Positions 6,922 to 16,589 of a stretch of 24,341 nt of DNA are shown here, one piece after another; the stretch's first letter is position 1; every line of letters starts with the position of its first letter. A program made the translations under genes and the position numbers. The stretch lies in IMG/VR virus record IMGVR_UViG_3300024191_000332, positions 1 to 24,341 of that record; one strand, given 5' to 3'. Below the pieces are notes generated by a model. That model saw only the letters and a list, made by a program, of their open reading frames with translations. It had not been told where the DNA came from and searched no databases. Source of the stretch: a virus. Taxonomy: Duplodnaviria; Caudoviricetes.

Positions 6922-8637
6922 TTATCCATCACAACTTAAACAGTCTTCTGATGTTCTAGAACCTATATCTCCGTTGATTACTGAATCTGTTCTTAAGTAG
7001 TATAGGGTTTTAATTCCTAACTTCCATGCAGTTTGATGTACCAAGTTAATAAATTTAGGTGAATCTGTTGGGTCGAAAGCTAAATTTAAAGACTGTGTTT
7101 GGTCAATATATTTTTGCCTAACTGCTGCCTGTTCTACTAGTGCTAATTGATTTATTTCTGCAAAAGTTAAGAATATAGGTTTATCTTCTAATGGCATAAT
7201 ATCTTCCGGTAGATTAGCAACAGAACCTCTATCTTTCATAATAGCATCCCATACTTCTTCTGTGTTACTGCCTCTATCTACTAAGTAACTCTCTAATGCT
7301 GAGTTTTTACGTATAAAAGTTCCTTTTGCTGAATTAAAAGTATATACGTTAGCTGGTATTGGCTCGATTCCTGCTGATACACCTCCTGATATCGTACTGT
7401 TAGATACAGTCGGTGCTATAGCCATTAAATGAGTATTTCTCATACCTGTACCTTTACACCAAAGTGGTTCTCCGTACTCATCTGCTAATTTTCTTGATGC
7501 TGCTTCTGCTTGGTTCTTAATTTGAGAGAAAATCTGATGAGTATAAGATGTTGCAGCTATAGATGAAAAAGGTATTCTCTCATTCTGCAAGAATGTATGC
7601 CAGCCTAATACTCCTAATCCAATTGCTCTACCTTTTTTAGCAGATCTATGAGCTCTAATTAAAGAATCTCTTCCTGAAGTCTTAGCTAAAAACTCTTCTA
7701 ATACTCCGTCTAAAAAGTATATTGAAGTTTCTATTAAGTCGGTATTTTTCCATTCATGCCATTTAGTAATATTAACAGACGATAAACAGCAAATAAAAGA
7801 GTGTTCTTCATCGGTATGTAAAGTTATCTCAGAACATATATTGGTCATGCTTACATCTAAGTTATTCTTAACATAAGCAGGTGGATTGTCATTATTAACA
7901 TTGTCCTTATACATAATATACGGTTCTCCTGTTTCTACTCTAGATTTAAGTATTTCTACCCATAATCCCATAGCCTCAGGGTCTCTACGCTCTAATTTTT
8001 GCATAAATTCATCATCCACTACAACACATTGATGTAGATTAAGACACTGTCTGTTAGGGTCCCCTTTAGGTCTTCGTATCTGCAGGTATTCTTTAATATC
8101 TGGGTGATTTATATCCAAATTTACTGATGCTGCACCTCTTCTTACTGCTCCTTGATTGGTTGCTAATATTGTAGAGTCGTAAATTTTAGCCCATGGAATT
8201 ACTCCTTCTGATTGGCCCATATCTCCATTCCCGATTTCTTCTCCTCTACCTCTAATACGAGATAACCCTATACCGACACCACCGCCGAGGGAGGTAAGTC
8301 TCATTAGTTCAGCATTGGTTAAACCAATACCTCGAATTGAATCGGGCGTATCAATTCCAAAACATGAGATCGGTAATCCTCGGTCGGTTCCGGTGTTCGA
8401 TAGTACAGGGGAGGCTAAGTTTAGCCATCCTTTCCACATATAGCGGAAAAACTTATTAGCAAGATCTGGTCTATCCAGTCTTTTTGCAATTGTATCTGCT
8501 ACTCTTCTGTATGCTTTTTTAGGGGTTTCATCTGTCAACAAATATCCTTTTGATATAGTTGCTAATGACACTTCATTCATCCATTCTGGGTAATCTTTCC
8601 CTGCTTCCCATTTGGAAGTATCTACTATTGTACTCAT
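6922..8637 (-). CDS. nrdA: Class I ribonucleotide reductase alpha subunit (no ATP cone)
   Basis: PISCF, GGGVG, TNICSEI (NxCxE), AIAPT, TLYYLR, C-terminal CLSC. Confidence 0.97.
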   Translation of the reverse strand: MSTIVDTSKWEAGKDYPEWMNEVSLATISKGYLLTDETPKKAYRRVADTIAKRLDRPDLANKFFRYMWKGWLNLASPVLSNTGTDRGLPISCFGIDTPDSIRGIGLTNAELMRLTSLGGGVGIGLSRIRGRGEEIGNGDMGQSEGVIPWAKIYDSTILATNQGAVRRGAASVNLDINHPDIKEYLQIRRPKGDPNRQCLNLHQCVVVDDEFMQKLERRDPEAMGLWVEILKSRVETGEPYIMYKDNVNNDNPPAYVKNNLDVSMTNICSEITLHTDEEHSFICCLSSVNITKWHEWKNTDLIETSIYFLDGVLEEFLAKTSGRDSLIRAHRSAKKGRAIGLGVLGWHTFLQNERIPFSSIAATSYTHQIFSQIKNQAEAASRKLADEYGEPLWCKGTGMRNTHLMAIAPTVSNSTISGGVSAGIEPIPANVYTFNSAKGTFIRKNSALESYLVDRGSNTEEVWDAIMKDRGSVANLPEDIMPLEDKPIFLTFAEINQLALVEQAAVRQKYIDQTQSLNLAFDPTDSPKFINLVHQTAWKLGIKTLYYLRTDSVINGDIGSRTSEDCLSCDG

Positions 8638-8648
8638 AAATTATTTTA

Positions 8649-9632
8649 TTAAAACATTGTTGCTGCGTCCCATTCCATATGTCCTTTTGCATAGTTTGTA
8701 ACTCTATTAGCAAAGAAATCCGTATGTTGCTTACCTGCAATTACTGCGTCAAACCATTTCATTGTCTTTAAAGCTCCTTTATCTATTTCTTCAGAAGGTA
8801 CAATTGGTTTTAAGTCTAAATCTGCCATCTTAGTATTTACCCTATGGCGTATAAAGTTCTTTAGCTCGCCTTTCTTTAAATTCTCTAAATCTCCCATTTC
8901 GAATATCTTATCAATAAAGTCAAACTCTAACTTTAGAGCATCTTTTGCAGCTGATTCTATATCCGCTATTAACTCCGGAGTTTTAAATTCTGGATGTTCT
9001 TTCATTAATGTTCTAAATAGCCAACACCCTGCATCAGAGTGTAAACTCTCATCCCGTACAGACCATTCTACTATCTGTCCTACTCCTTTAAGTTTATTTC
9101 TCATTTTAAATGATAATAAGACTGCAAATGAACTGAATAAATTAACTCCTTCGGTAAAAGCAGAAAATATAGCTAAAGATTTTGCTCTATCATGCCAGTT
9201 TGGTGTACCGTCATGGCCATCCCTTACTTCCATAAGGTTTTCAATCTTAGCCATAGTTGCTTCATCTTCTAAAAACTCTGCAAAGTTATCTAATCCTAAT
9301 TGTTCATTCAATAAAGAGTAAGCTTCTGCATGGATAGTCTCACTAGAACCTAGTGTTGTCCCCATCATTATTATTTCCGGCTTCCTAAACCATTTAGTTA
9401 CTAGAGTAGACCAGTAATCATTTACTATTGTTTCTGTTTGAGCAAATCCTTTTAGGATTCCTCCAATCACATTTTTTTCGTGATCTTTTAAATTACTCGC
9501 CCAATCAGTCACATCTTGTGACATTGGTACTTCTGTATGTAGCCAGTGAGCTTGTTGTTGTTTAAGCCAAAAATCATATGCTTTTGGGTATTCGAAAGGT
9601 TTGTAAACTATGCGTTCGTTTAGTAAACTCAT
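8649..9632 (-). CDS. nrdB: Class I ribonucleotide reductase beta subunit
   Basis: YKPFEYP, ETIHAEAY, TEGVNLFSSF, RDESLH, DFFANRVTNY. Confidence 0.97.
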   Translation of the reverse strand: MSLLNERIVYKPFEYPKAYDFWLKQQQAHWLHTEVPMSQDVTDWASNLKDHEKNVIGGILKGFAQTETIVNDYWSTLVTKWFRKPEIIMMGTTLGSSETIHAEAYSLLNEQLGLDNFAEFLEDEATMAKIENLMEVRDGHDGTPNWHDRAKSLAIFSAFTEGVNLFSSFAVLLSFKMRNKLKGVGQIVEWSVRDESLHSDAGCWLFRTLMKEHPEFKTPELIADIESAAKDALKLEFDFIDKIFEMGDLENLKKGELKNFIRHRVNTKMADLDLKPIVPSEEIDKGALKTMKWFDAVIAGKQHTDFFANRVTNYAKGHMEWDAATMF

Positions 9633-9660
9633 TTTTTTAATTTAGATTAATTGATTAGAC

Positions 9661-9701
9661 AAAAAAAATCTCCAGAGGAAGCTATATAAGCTATTGGAGA
9701 T
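9661..9701 (-). terminator. Hairpin plus U-tract (intrinsic terminator/attenuator-like) between helicase and nrdB
   Basis: Minus strand AUCUCCA-AU-AGCU-UAUAU-AGCU-UCCUC-UGGAGAU followed by 7 more U. Confidence 0.6.
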
Positions 9702-9725
9702 GTTTCCATAAATAGCATATATATT

Positions 9726-11072
9726 TTACTTTTTATCAAAAAGTTCGGACATTTTTTCTCTTGATAACGTAAAAGTAGGTCCATCGTTGTTATTTAAGTG
9801 TTCATCGATATCTGCCTTACCTTCGAATTCTATACGACCGTTATTAGTGTCCATTTTTAAGTTATAGGTCATACCGTCTTGTCCATACCTATTTTTCATA
9901 ACATGCCATCTACCGGTTCCTAGTACTTTATCTTCTTTCATTCTGGAAAGAGAGAAGCACATATCGGCTACCATCATTTTATCATAAGAACCTGCTGCTT
10001 TATCTCCTTCAATAACCGAATCTTTAGCACCCATTCTATTTACTTGAGAAGGTGTTATAACCGGTATCTTAAGTTCTTTAGCTAGTCCCTTAGTAGCAAT
10101 AAATACATCATCTATTTCGTCTTTACGTTCTGAGAATTTACCTTTAGAAGGTGCTCTTAAGTAGTCAACATAATCTATAACAACTAAATCCGGTTTATGC
10201 TCCATGTCAATACACTTTTGTATATGGGATTTAATTGTATTCACTGTCGCTCCTTTAGGTGCATATTCCTTTACTATAAGTTTACCTTTTAAATTATCAA
10301 CGTGCTTCTGTACCTCTTTTCTATGGTTGTTAACTTCGTCTATAGAGTACCCTGTAAAGTAGCAATCAAATCGTTTACCGACGTAGTCTTCTCCTAGCTC
10401 TAATGTATAGTAGTTTACTTTATACCCCATTTTGACAGCATGAGCAGCCATTGCAACACAAGTCCAACTCTTACCTCCTCCTGGATTACCAAATACTATG
10501 GCTAAATCACCAGGACCAAATCCTCCTTGAATACCTTCGTTTAAAGTTGGCCATGGAGTAGGAATTGTAGGTCTGTAATCTGTCCTATACCTAGATTCTA
10601 CGTCCTTATTATATTCATGCCCGATATTTTTATCCATACCAGCTTTCATAGCTGTTTCTATGGTGTTTCTAATACCGTCAAAATCTCCTGCTTTAAGTAA
10701 ATCAGTAGAGTTAAGAATAGCTTGCTTCATCTCTTGATTCTTACAGAAAGTTGTAAATTCTTCCTGTACGTAGTTTAAATCATCTTGAGATGCTTCATAG
10801 GAGTTACGTAATTCTTCTTTTAATGCTACTTTTAATATATCATTATCAACTTTCTGTAACTCTACCTTTAGTACATCCATAGTTACAGTAGTATGGTACT
10901 TATCGAAGTAGTTTACTAGCTGATTAATAATCCATTTGTGTGCGTCTGAGTCAAAATAATCTTCTTGAAGTACGTCTCTGACGTTAAGAAGAAAACTTTT
11001 GTCTGTTAGCAATGAGCCCAATACCTTCAGTTGGAAACCTTTTCCATACTGATTCAATGCTTTTAATGTCAT
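9726..11072 (-). CDS. dnaB: DnaB-like replicative helicase (T4 gp41-like)
   Basis: Walker A GNPGGGKS, YTLE, Walker B VVIDYVD, SQVNR, KNRYG. Confidence 0.95.
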   Translation of the reverse strand: MTLKALNQYGKGFQLKVLGSLLTDKSFLLNVRDVLQEDYFDSDAHKWIINQLVNYFDKYHTTVTMDVLKVELQKVDNDILKVALKEELRNSYEASQDDLNYVQEEFTTFCKNQEMKQAILNSTDLLKAGDFDGIRNTIETAMKAGMDKNIGHEYNKDVESRYRTDYRPTIPTPWPTLNEGIQGGFGPGDLAIVFGNPGGGKSWTCVAMAAHAVKMGYKVNYYTLELGEDYVGKRFDCYFTGYSIDEVNNHRKEVQKHVDNLKGKLIVKEYAPKGATVNTIKSHIQKCIDMEHKPDLVVIDYVDYLRAPSKGKFSERKDEIDDVFIATKGLAKELKIPVITPSQVNRMGAKDSVIEGDKAAGSYDKMMVADMCFSLSRMKEDKVLGTGRWHVMKNRYGQDGMTYNLKMDTNNGRIEFEGKADIDEHLNNNDGPTFTLSREKMSELFDKK

Positions 11073-11079
11073 CTATAAC

Positions 11080-12114
11080 TTATTTTTTAATAACCGTTAA
11101 ACCTCTAAAGTTCTCTAACCAACCTTCAGTATTCTTAGTAATCCCTTCGATCTTATCTTGATCTAAAAGATGTAGAAAAGCCCCTGATTGTAGATTGGGT
11201 ATGTCACTCTTTATTATATTTAATATATGATCTTTTTCTTTAATATCCAACGAAGTTTCATGTAAATCCATTAATTTAAAATTAGTTTCTACACGATCCC
11301 ATTCCGTTATAATTTTAGGAAAGATCTTTTTAAATTTCTTTTCTTCTAATTTAGCTGCACATACATCATAAACGTACTGGAGGGTCATATTCGGTTTATC
11401 AACTAATTCAGGAAACTCTGATATTATAGTTTTTATTCCCAACCCTTTGACACCTGCTAAATTATCTGAGTTATCTCCTAATAACGCTTTTACAACGTTA
11501 TAATTTTCAGGTAATACCTTCAATTCGTCGAATATATTCCCTTCCGTAAACACCTTCTTCTTAATAGGAGCGTATACTTCAACTGTATCATCTACTAATT
11601 GTAGGAAATCTTTATCAGATGAAACTATAGTACATTTTTTAACTTTAGATACTGATGCTCTTTTAGCTATATACGCTATTACATCATCAGCTTCAAGTTT
11701 TTCCATACTAATTTGCTGTACCGGTAAGCATTCAAGATAATCTTGTGTTCTGAATAACTGTCCTATAAGTGCTTCTTGTTCTTCTGCTTTAGAATCATAT
11801 AATCCCCAATGAGTAATCCTTGAAGTAGCTCGTTGTGCTTTGTAGTTAGGATCTATATTCTTTCTATTTGCAGAACCTCCTTTACCGTCCCATACTACTA
11901 TCACCCTAGTAGGGTCAAACGTACGTGTTACAAATCCTAAAGACCGCATAAAACCAACCAGACCGCCGATATGATGGCCTGATGGGTTCATTGCTTTGAG
12001 AAGAGAAAAACTACGAATTAACATATTCATAGCATCGATCACTAGAATGTGGTCGTTCAATTCTCGGGGTGGAGTTTCTTTAAGATTGTTAAGTATATTG
12101 CTATAATCGCTCAT
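11080..12114 (-). CDS. 5'-3' exonuclease / flap endonuclease (T4 RNase H, PolI N-terminal-like)
   Basis: IDAMN, VVWDG, YKAQR, EADDVI, SSDKDFLQL, GDNSDNLAGVKGLGIKT (H3TH). Confidence 0.95.
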   Translation of the reverse strand: MSDYSNILNNLKETPPRELNDHILVIDAMNMLIRSFSLLKAMNPSGHHIGGLVGFMRSLGFVTRTFDPTRVIVVWDGKGGSANRKNIDPNYKAQRATSRITHWGLYDSKAEEQEALIGQLFRTQDYLECLPVQQISMEKLEADDVIAYIAKRASVSKVKKCTIVSSDKDFLQLVDDTVEVYAPIKKKVFTEGNIFDELKVLPENYNVVKALLGDNSDNLAGVKGLGIKTIISEFPELVDKPNMTLQYVYDVCAAKLEEKKFKKIFPKIITEWDRVETNFKLMDLHETSLDIKEKDHILNIIKSDIPNLQSGAFLHLLDQDKIEGITKNTEGWLENFRGLTVIKK

Positions 12115-13187
12115 TAATCTAAAATATTTGGTTTGATAGCTTCTTCTTCTAAATCTCCTTCTTCAATTAAATCAAAATCTATACTACCAACTAATTTTAG
12201 CCAATGTTCTTTATGTTCGTTTTTATACTTATCAATAGCTCTCTTGTCATCGGGTATAAACCCGTGAGATGTCATTACTACTCTTCCTCTAGACTGTACA
12301 CCACCGATATGGTTTTTCTCTACTTGAACGTTAGTACGTTTAGCAAATTCTACCTGAAGCCCGTCTTTTATAGCCTTTATCTTAGATGTACCCGGGTTAG
12401 TAATATTCCCGAAAGTTATAACTAAGGTAGAATCATACCACATAGACATTCCTCCTTTATTCTGCAATTTAGGTTGCCCCATTGGAGATTCAGGTTTCAT
12501 AGTCCATACCTTATTAATAGCTACCAGTGTGTTAGTATACGGAGAGTTTTCCTTTCTAGATAGTAGTATCTTCTGATTAAGGTTATTACCAAATTGAGTA
12601 GACATTGCCCCTGCATTCCATTCATTATTGTTTTTATTAGAACGTACTGATAAATCACAAGGAATAGAGCCGATAGAGTCCCAGAAGAAACACATATCGT
12701 AAGGTAAGTTCCCTTTCGCCTGTTCGTCCATAAGGTCAGCCATGTAAACTGCTACTTCTTCAATAGTATTTAATGTACCTCTATCAGCATACAAAAAATG
12801 CCCTTCATAGTCCACAACGTTTCCGTTATCATCTTTAACTTCCTCAAACTTAAGTCCCATTTCTTTAGCATGTTCCCAAGACCATTTCATCTCCGAGATA
12901 ATGAATACCGGTAGTACACCCATTTTTTGAGCATTAACTGCCGCTTCTAATAAAGCTGTTGTTTTACCTGTATCACTATGTCCTCTTAGTAGTGTAATAT
13001 GCCCTGTAGGAATACCTGGAAGAGAGGTAATGTCCTGAAAAGCTTTAGATAGGGGAATCCATCCCTGTTCTTTAAACTTTACAGAAGCATTAGAAAATCC
13101 TTTCTTCTTCTTAAAATTACCTAGATTGAAACTCTTTTTGACTGCCGCAGATGCGGCTGCTTTTACCTCTTTGCTTTGTTTTGCCAT
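12114..13187 (-). CDS. recA: RecA/UvsX-like recombinase
   Basis: GIPTGHITLLRGHSDTGKT Walker A, FFWDS Walker B, NKGG, EKNH; located between SSB and exonuclease. Confidence 0.88.
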   Translation of the reverse strand: MAKQSKEVKAAASAAVKKSFNLGNFKKKKGFSNASVKFKEQGWIPLSKAFQDITSLPGIPTGHITLLRGHSDTGKTTALLEAAVNAQKMGVLPVFIISEMKWSWEHAKEMGLKFEEVKDDNGNVVDYEGHFLYADRGTLNTIEEVAVYMADLMDEQAKGNLPYDMCFFWDSIGSIPCDLSVRSNKNNNEWNAGAMSTQFGNNLNQKILLSRKENSPYTNTLVAINKVWTMKPESPMGQPKLQNKGGMSMWYDSTLVITFGNITNPGTSKIKAIKDGLQVEFAKRTNVQVEKNHIGGVQSRGRVVMTSHGFIPDDKRAIDKYKNEHKEHWLKLVGSIDFDLIEEGDLEEEAIKPNILD

Positions 13188-13189
13188 TT

Positions 13190-13996
13190 CTATTCGTTAA
13201 ATAAGTCATCAAATTTACTAACTGTGTCTTTGTTGCCAGCCGTAGCTGTTTCCAAAGTAAAGTCTGTTTTTTGTTGACCTAAGCTTTCTGGCAGTTTATC
13301 TTCTTTAGTATTACTAGTAGTATCGTTACTCTCTTCTACTGCATTTGGATCTAAATAACCTTGAAGTTTCTTTTTGATAAATTCGTAATCATACTCTGTA
13401 TGTACCTCTAAAGGATTAGGTTGTGATTTTAACCATAAATCCACATGATCGTTATTATCTGATAAAGGAGTCTGTTTAGGTTTAATTCTAACAGTAGTTT
13501 CAGGGTAAGGATTACCTTTTTGTTGTTCTACTACCATATCCCATCCGTTTAGTACGTCTGTGAAGTCTCCAATATCTTCATCTTCTGCTAAAGCAAGTAA
13601 TGCTTTGTAGATTGTTACTCCGAATCCCCATAATCGTACTCCTTTATCCTCTTCTCCTCTAACTACTACAGGAGCAAAGATACGAGTTTTAGGTGATATT
13701 TTACCTGATAATGACCAATTGTCTTTATCGCTTGTTTTCCTTAACTCTTTAACAAATTCCTCAATTGGGTCTTGCTTACCAAAATTGGAAAGTGCTATCA
13801 TTGGAAATTTACCAATTCCGTAGTGGAATTTAAGTTCTTTGAAAGGAAAAGAAGGATCAAAAGCAGATGGTACTATACGTACGGTCTGTTTACCTAATTC
13901 TGGTTTCCAAAAGATTTTTGTGTAGTCAGTCTTTTCTCTTTCCTGACCATTTGTGTTTAGCGCATCTAATTTAGCGCGGATTGCATTGATATCCAT
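13190..13996 (-). CDS. Single-stranded DNA-binding protein (T4 gp32-like)
   Basis: FWKP..G..TVRIVP, DPIEEF, VRLWGFG, acidic tail ending FDDLFNE; replication context. Confidence 0.85.
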   Translation of the reverse strand: MDINAIRAKLDALNTNGQEREKTDYTKIFWKPELGKQTVRIVPSAFDPSFPFKELKFHYGIGKFPMIALSNFGKQDPIEEFVKELRKTSDKDNWSLSGKISPKTRIFAPVVVRGEEDKGVRLWGFGVTIYKALLALAEDEDIGDFTDVLNGWDMVVEQQKGNPYPETTVRIKPKQTPLSDNNDHVDLWLKSQPNPLEVHTEYDYEFIKKKLQGYLDPNAVEESNDTTSNTKEDKLPESLGQQKTDFTLETATAGNKDTVSKFDDLFNE

Positions 13997-14025
13997 ATAA
14001 CTGATTTTAAATTATAACTTATTAT

Positions 14026-14058
14026 TAATATAGGAATAAAAAATCAAAGAGCCAACTA
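14026..14058 (-). promoter_or_regulatory. Putative promoter TAGTTG-N20-TATATTA for the SSB-recA-exonuclease-helicase unit
   Basis: Copy of the recurrent motif, overlapping the upstream TAG stop. Confidence 0.7.
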
Positions 14059-14508
14059 TAGCTCAATAATTTTATATAACTTTGTGTTCACTCTTTTGAG
14101 TTCTGGACCTTTAGTAAGAAGTACGCAATTGCGATAATCAGGCCAGTTTATTCTATAGCTAGTATCTAACGTACCGCCGTTAAGTTCTTTAATTAATGTG
14201 TTTAAAGCATTAATGGTATAGAGAGTATTAGTTTCTTTCTTTCTGTGTACTAATATAGTGTTATCTATAAAAGCTCCTACATTTCCAAAATCTACATTAT
14301 AAGTACACATATATTCATCTTGGCTTTTAGAATACAGTACGAATATTTTATTATATATGATTTTGTATCTATCTTGAATCGAGGTTAAAACCTCTTCAAG
14401 TCCTTCTTCTGTTGAAAAGGTACAAAACAGCTTGTTGCTCATATCGTCGCTGGTAAAAATAGGTTCTATGTCGTAGTCGAACCTTGGTGATTTAGTTGTT
14501 GTTATCAT
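14056..14508 (-). CDS. Hypothetical phage protein (true start may be ATG at 14442, MSNKLFCTF)
   Basis: ORF between polymerase and SSB; no assignable family. Confidence 0.8.
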   Translation of the reverse strand: MITTTKSPRFDYDIEPIFTSDDMSNKLFCTFSTEEGLEEVLTSIQDRYKIIYNKIFVLYSKSQDEYMCTYNVDFGNVGAFIDNTILVHRKKETNTLYTINALNTLIKELNGGTLDTSYRINWPDYRNCVLLTKGPELKRVNTKLYKIIEL

Positions 14509-14528
14509 ATATAAATAGTTGTGCTGAT

Positions 14529-15854
14529 TTATAACACTAAATTAGTGCTATATTTAAATTTTACCGGGTATTTTCCCTGTTTTTCCATTATTGTTTGTAT
14601 CTCTGATAAAGTCTGTTTACCGTCTTCTTTATTAAAATCGAATAAAATCGCATCATAAGTGTATAACGTTATAAATGATTTTTTATCTCTTAGATACTTT
14701 AGTATATCTTTTAATATAGTAATATTATTTGAAGTCTCCAACGATTGCATCATATAATTCATTAATTTTGCTGGGTTCATATCTTGGAGTTTGTTTGTAA
14801 ATGCTTTTCCTGATTGAGGATTCCAAACATACCCTGCTTCTGTATAACTCTTCCACATGGCATCTATATACTCCTGTACTTCTTTAAATATTTTAAGATT
14901 TTTATGCTCTTCCGGTATCTTCCCGTATATAGCATGAAAATTAATCTGTTTTGCCCTATTGTACTCTTCTTCAGATATATCTTGCTTACCGAAATACTGT
15001 TTAGCTAACTGTTTATGAGCCGATTCATTAGTCAACGGGTAATCTAACTGTTCTGCTAGTAACCTTAAATGGTATCCATCGAAGTCAAACTCTACAAAAA
15101 AGTCATTCTGAGGTTTAAAACACTGTCTATGTTCTGGTGTCTTAGGTATAGCAGCAAAGTTTACAGAGTTAAATGTGTTTGTAGGTCTGGATGTACTATT
15201 GTATAGGTTGTATTCGGTATAAACAGTATTATTATCAGTATTAAAGAGAGGATTCTTGGGTTTAAATAATTCATTAAAGCTATCGTATAGTATACCTACA
15301 CCGTTCTGTTCTAGTAAATAAAATACATTTGTAGTAATATTATTATAAAAGTCAAATCCATCCGGTATCGGTAGTTCCAGGTACTGCTCTACTTGGTTGA
15401 ATATATTCTCGCATCTCTCATAGAGTTTAACTATGGGAATTATTCTATTTATGTTGGGATTTTCACTATGTGTTCGGTAATACCAGTCTATAGTTGTATT
15501 TGTTGTAGAGTATTCTAATCTTTTATAATTACTCATAGAATAAACTAGAGATATATCTATAGCTCTCTGTAAATTAAAGTAATATAGAAGAGTTTTCTTG
15601 TTTAGTGTGTAAAGAGTTTGTGCTTTTTTAAGAATGTTGTAGATACGTTCTTTATCTACATTTAATCCATCGTTATGAGAGATAGGAATGAAGTACCCTT
15701 GTTTATCTCCTACTACTCTAATATAAACTCCTACTGTTGAAGTTAATTTAGAATGGTAATAGAAATTTGTACTAACTACATCTACATATAGAGGAGAATT
15801 AGTTTGGTTTTCTAACCAGTCAATTTGATCTTTTGATTCTAATATATAAAACAC
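14529..15854 (-). CDS. polA: Compact family A DNA polymerase-like protein (GTG start)
   Basis: TSRPTN..VNFAAIPK (motif 2), EFDFDGYHLRLLA (motif A), RAKQINFHAIYG (motif B), LYTYDAILFD (motif C). Confidence 0.88.
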   Translation of the reverse strand: MFYILESKDQIDWLENQTNSPLYVDVVSTNFYYHSKLTSTVGVYIRVVGDKQGYFIPISHNDGLNVDKERIYNILKKAQTLYTLNKKTLLYYFNLQRAIDISLVYSMSNYKRLEYSTTNTTIDWYYRTHSENPNINRIIPIVKLYERCENIFNQVEQYLELPIPDGFDFYNNITTNVFYLLEQNGVGILYDSFNELFKPKNPLFNTDNNTVYTEYNLYNSTSRPTNTFNSVNFAAIPKTPEHRQCFKPQNDFFVEFDFDGYHLRLLAEQLDYPLTNESAHKQLAKQYFGKQDISEEEYNRAKQINFHAIYGKIPEEHKNLKIFKEVQEYIDAMWKSYTEAGYVWNPQSGKAFTNKLQDMNPAKLMNYMMQSLETSNNITILKDILKYLRDKKSFITLYTYDAILFDFNKEDGKQTLSEIQTIMEKQGKYPVKFKYSTNLVL

Positions 15855-15873
15855 TTGTTTGTAACCTTTATTA

Positions 15874-15903
15874 TAATATACGAAAATATTTCGTATCTAC
15901 AAC
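15874..15903 (-). promoter_or_regulatory. Putative promoter GTTG-N19-TATATTA containing an 8-bp inverted repeat
   Basis: Recurrent motif; ATACGAAA-ATA-TTTCGTAT at 15878-15896. Confidence 0.7.
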
Positions 15904-16577
15904 TCTTTTCCTGGAGAAGGTATAATAATGTCTTTTTTCTGAGGTTTGTATTCCTTAGATGAAGGTATAAATGTATCTTCGACGTATTCTAATGGACTTT
16001 TAATAAGTCCTTCTATTACCGGAATAGTTTTTTTAAGTTCCTGTACTGTTCTACTGTTAATGGTCTCTAAACCTTCTAAAAAATATCCGTTTACAGTTCT
16101 ATCTTTAGCAGAACCTTTAATATACCAGTCAGCTATCGCTAATTCAGTACATAGGTCTTTGTTTACATTTAAATTTTTTAGTTGTACTTTTGAAACTTCT
16201 GATGCTTTTCCTGTACATTTATTATAGTAAAAACATCTTTGCATTATTCCTCTCTTTCTATCGTCTGATGTAGGAGGAAGTTTTAAAGAAAATGATTTTA
16301 CAGATGAATTTATTTCTGGATTTTCTTTATCGAATTCATATCCAGGTTTATCACTAGATTCAGAATCTTCTGCTGTTCCAGTAGAAAACAACTCCATCGC
16401 TTTTGAAAAATCTCCTTTATCAAAATCTATTCCTGCTTTATCGAATATAGTACCAAAAGACGTTAGAACTACTTGTTTATTTGAGTTAATAAAGTTTCCT
16501 AAACGGTCAACTACCTCTTTTACGTTTGGTATATCTTTAACTTTAGTTAATTTATATTGTGATTTAGGTAAATACAT
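15897..16577 (-). CDS. Hypothetical protein, probably baseplate/virion-associated
   Basis: 226-aa ORF closing the structural gene run; function inferred from position only. Confidence 0.7.
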   Translation of the reverse strand: MYLPKSQYKLTKVKDIPNVKEVVDRLGNFINSNKQVVLTSFGTIFDKAGIDFDKGDFSKAMELFSTGTAEDSESSDKPGYEFDKENPEINSSVKSFSLKLPPTSDDRKRGIMQRCFYYNKCTGKASEVSKVQLKNLNVNKDLCTELAIADWYIKGSAKDRTVNGYFLEGLETINSRTVQELKKTIPVIEGLIKSPLEYVEDTFIPSSKEYKPQKKDIIIPSPGKEL

Positions 16578-16589
16578 TTGTATATAGTT

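Noticed and set aside
6922-15854. Inteins, introns or homing endonucleases in nrdA, nrdB, helicase, recA or polymerase
   Set aside because: Proteins are of normal or reduced length with contiguous motifs.
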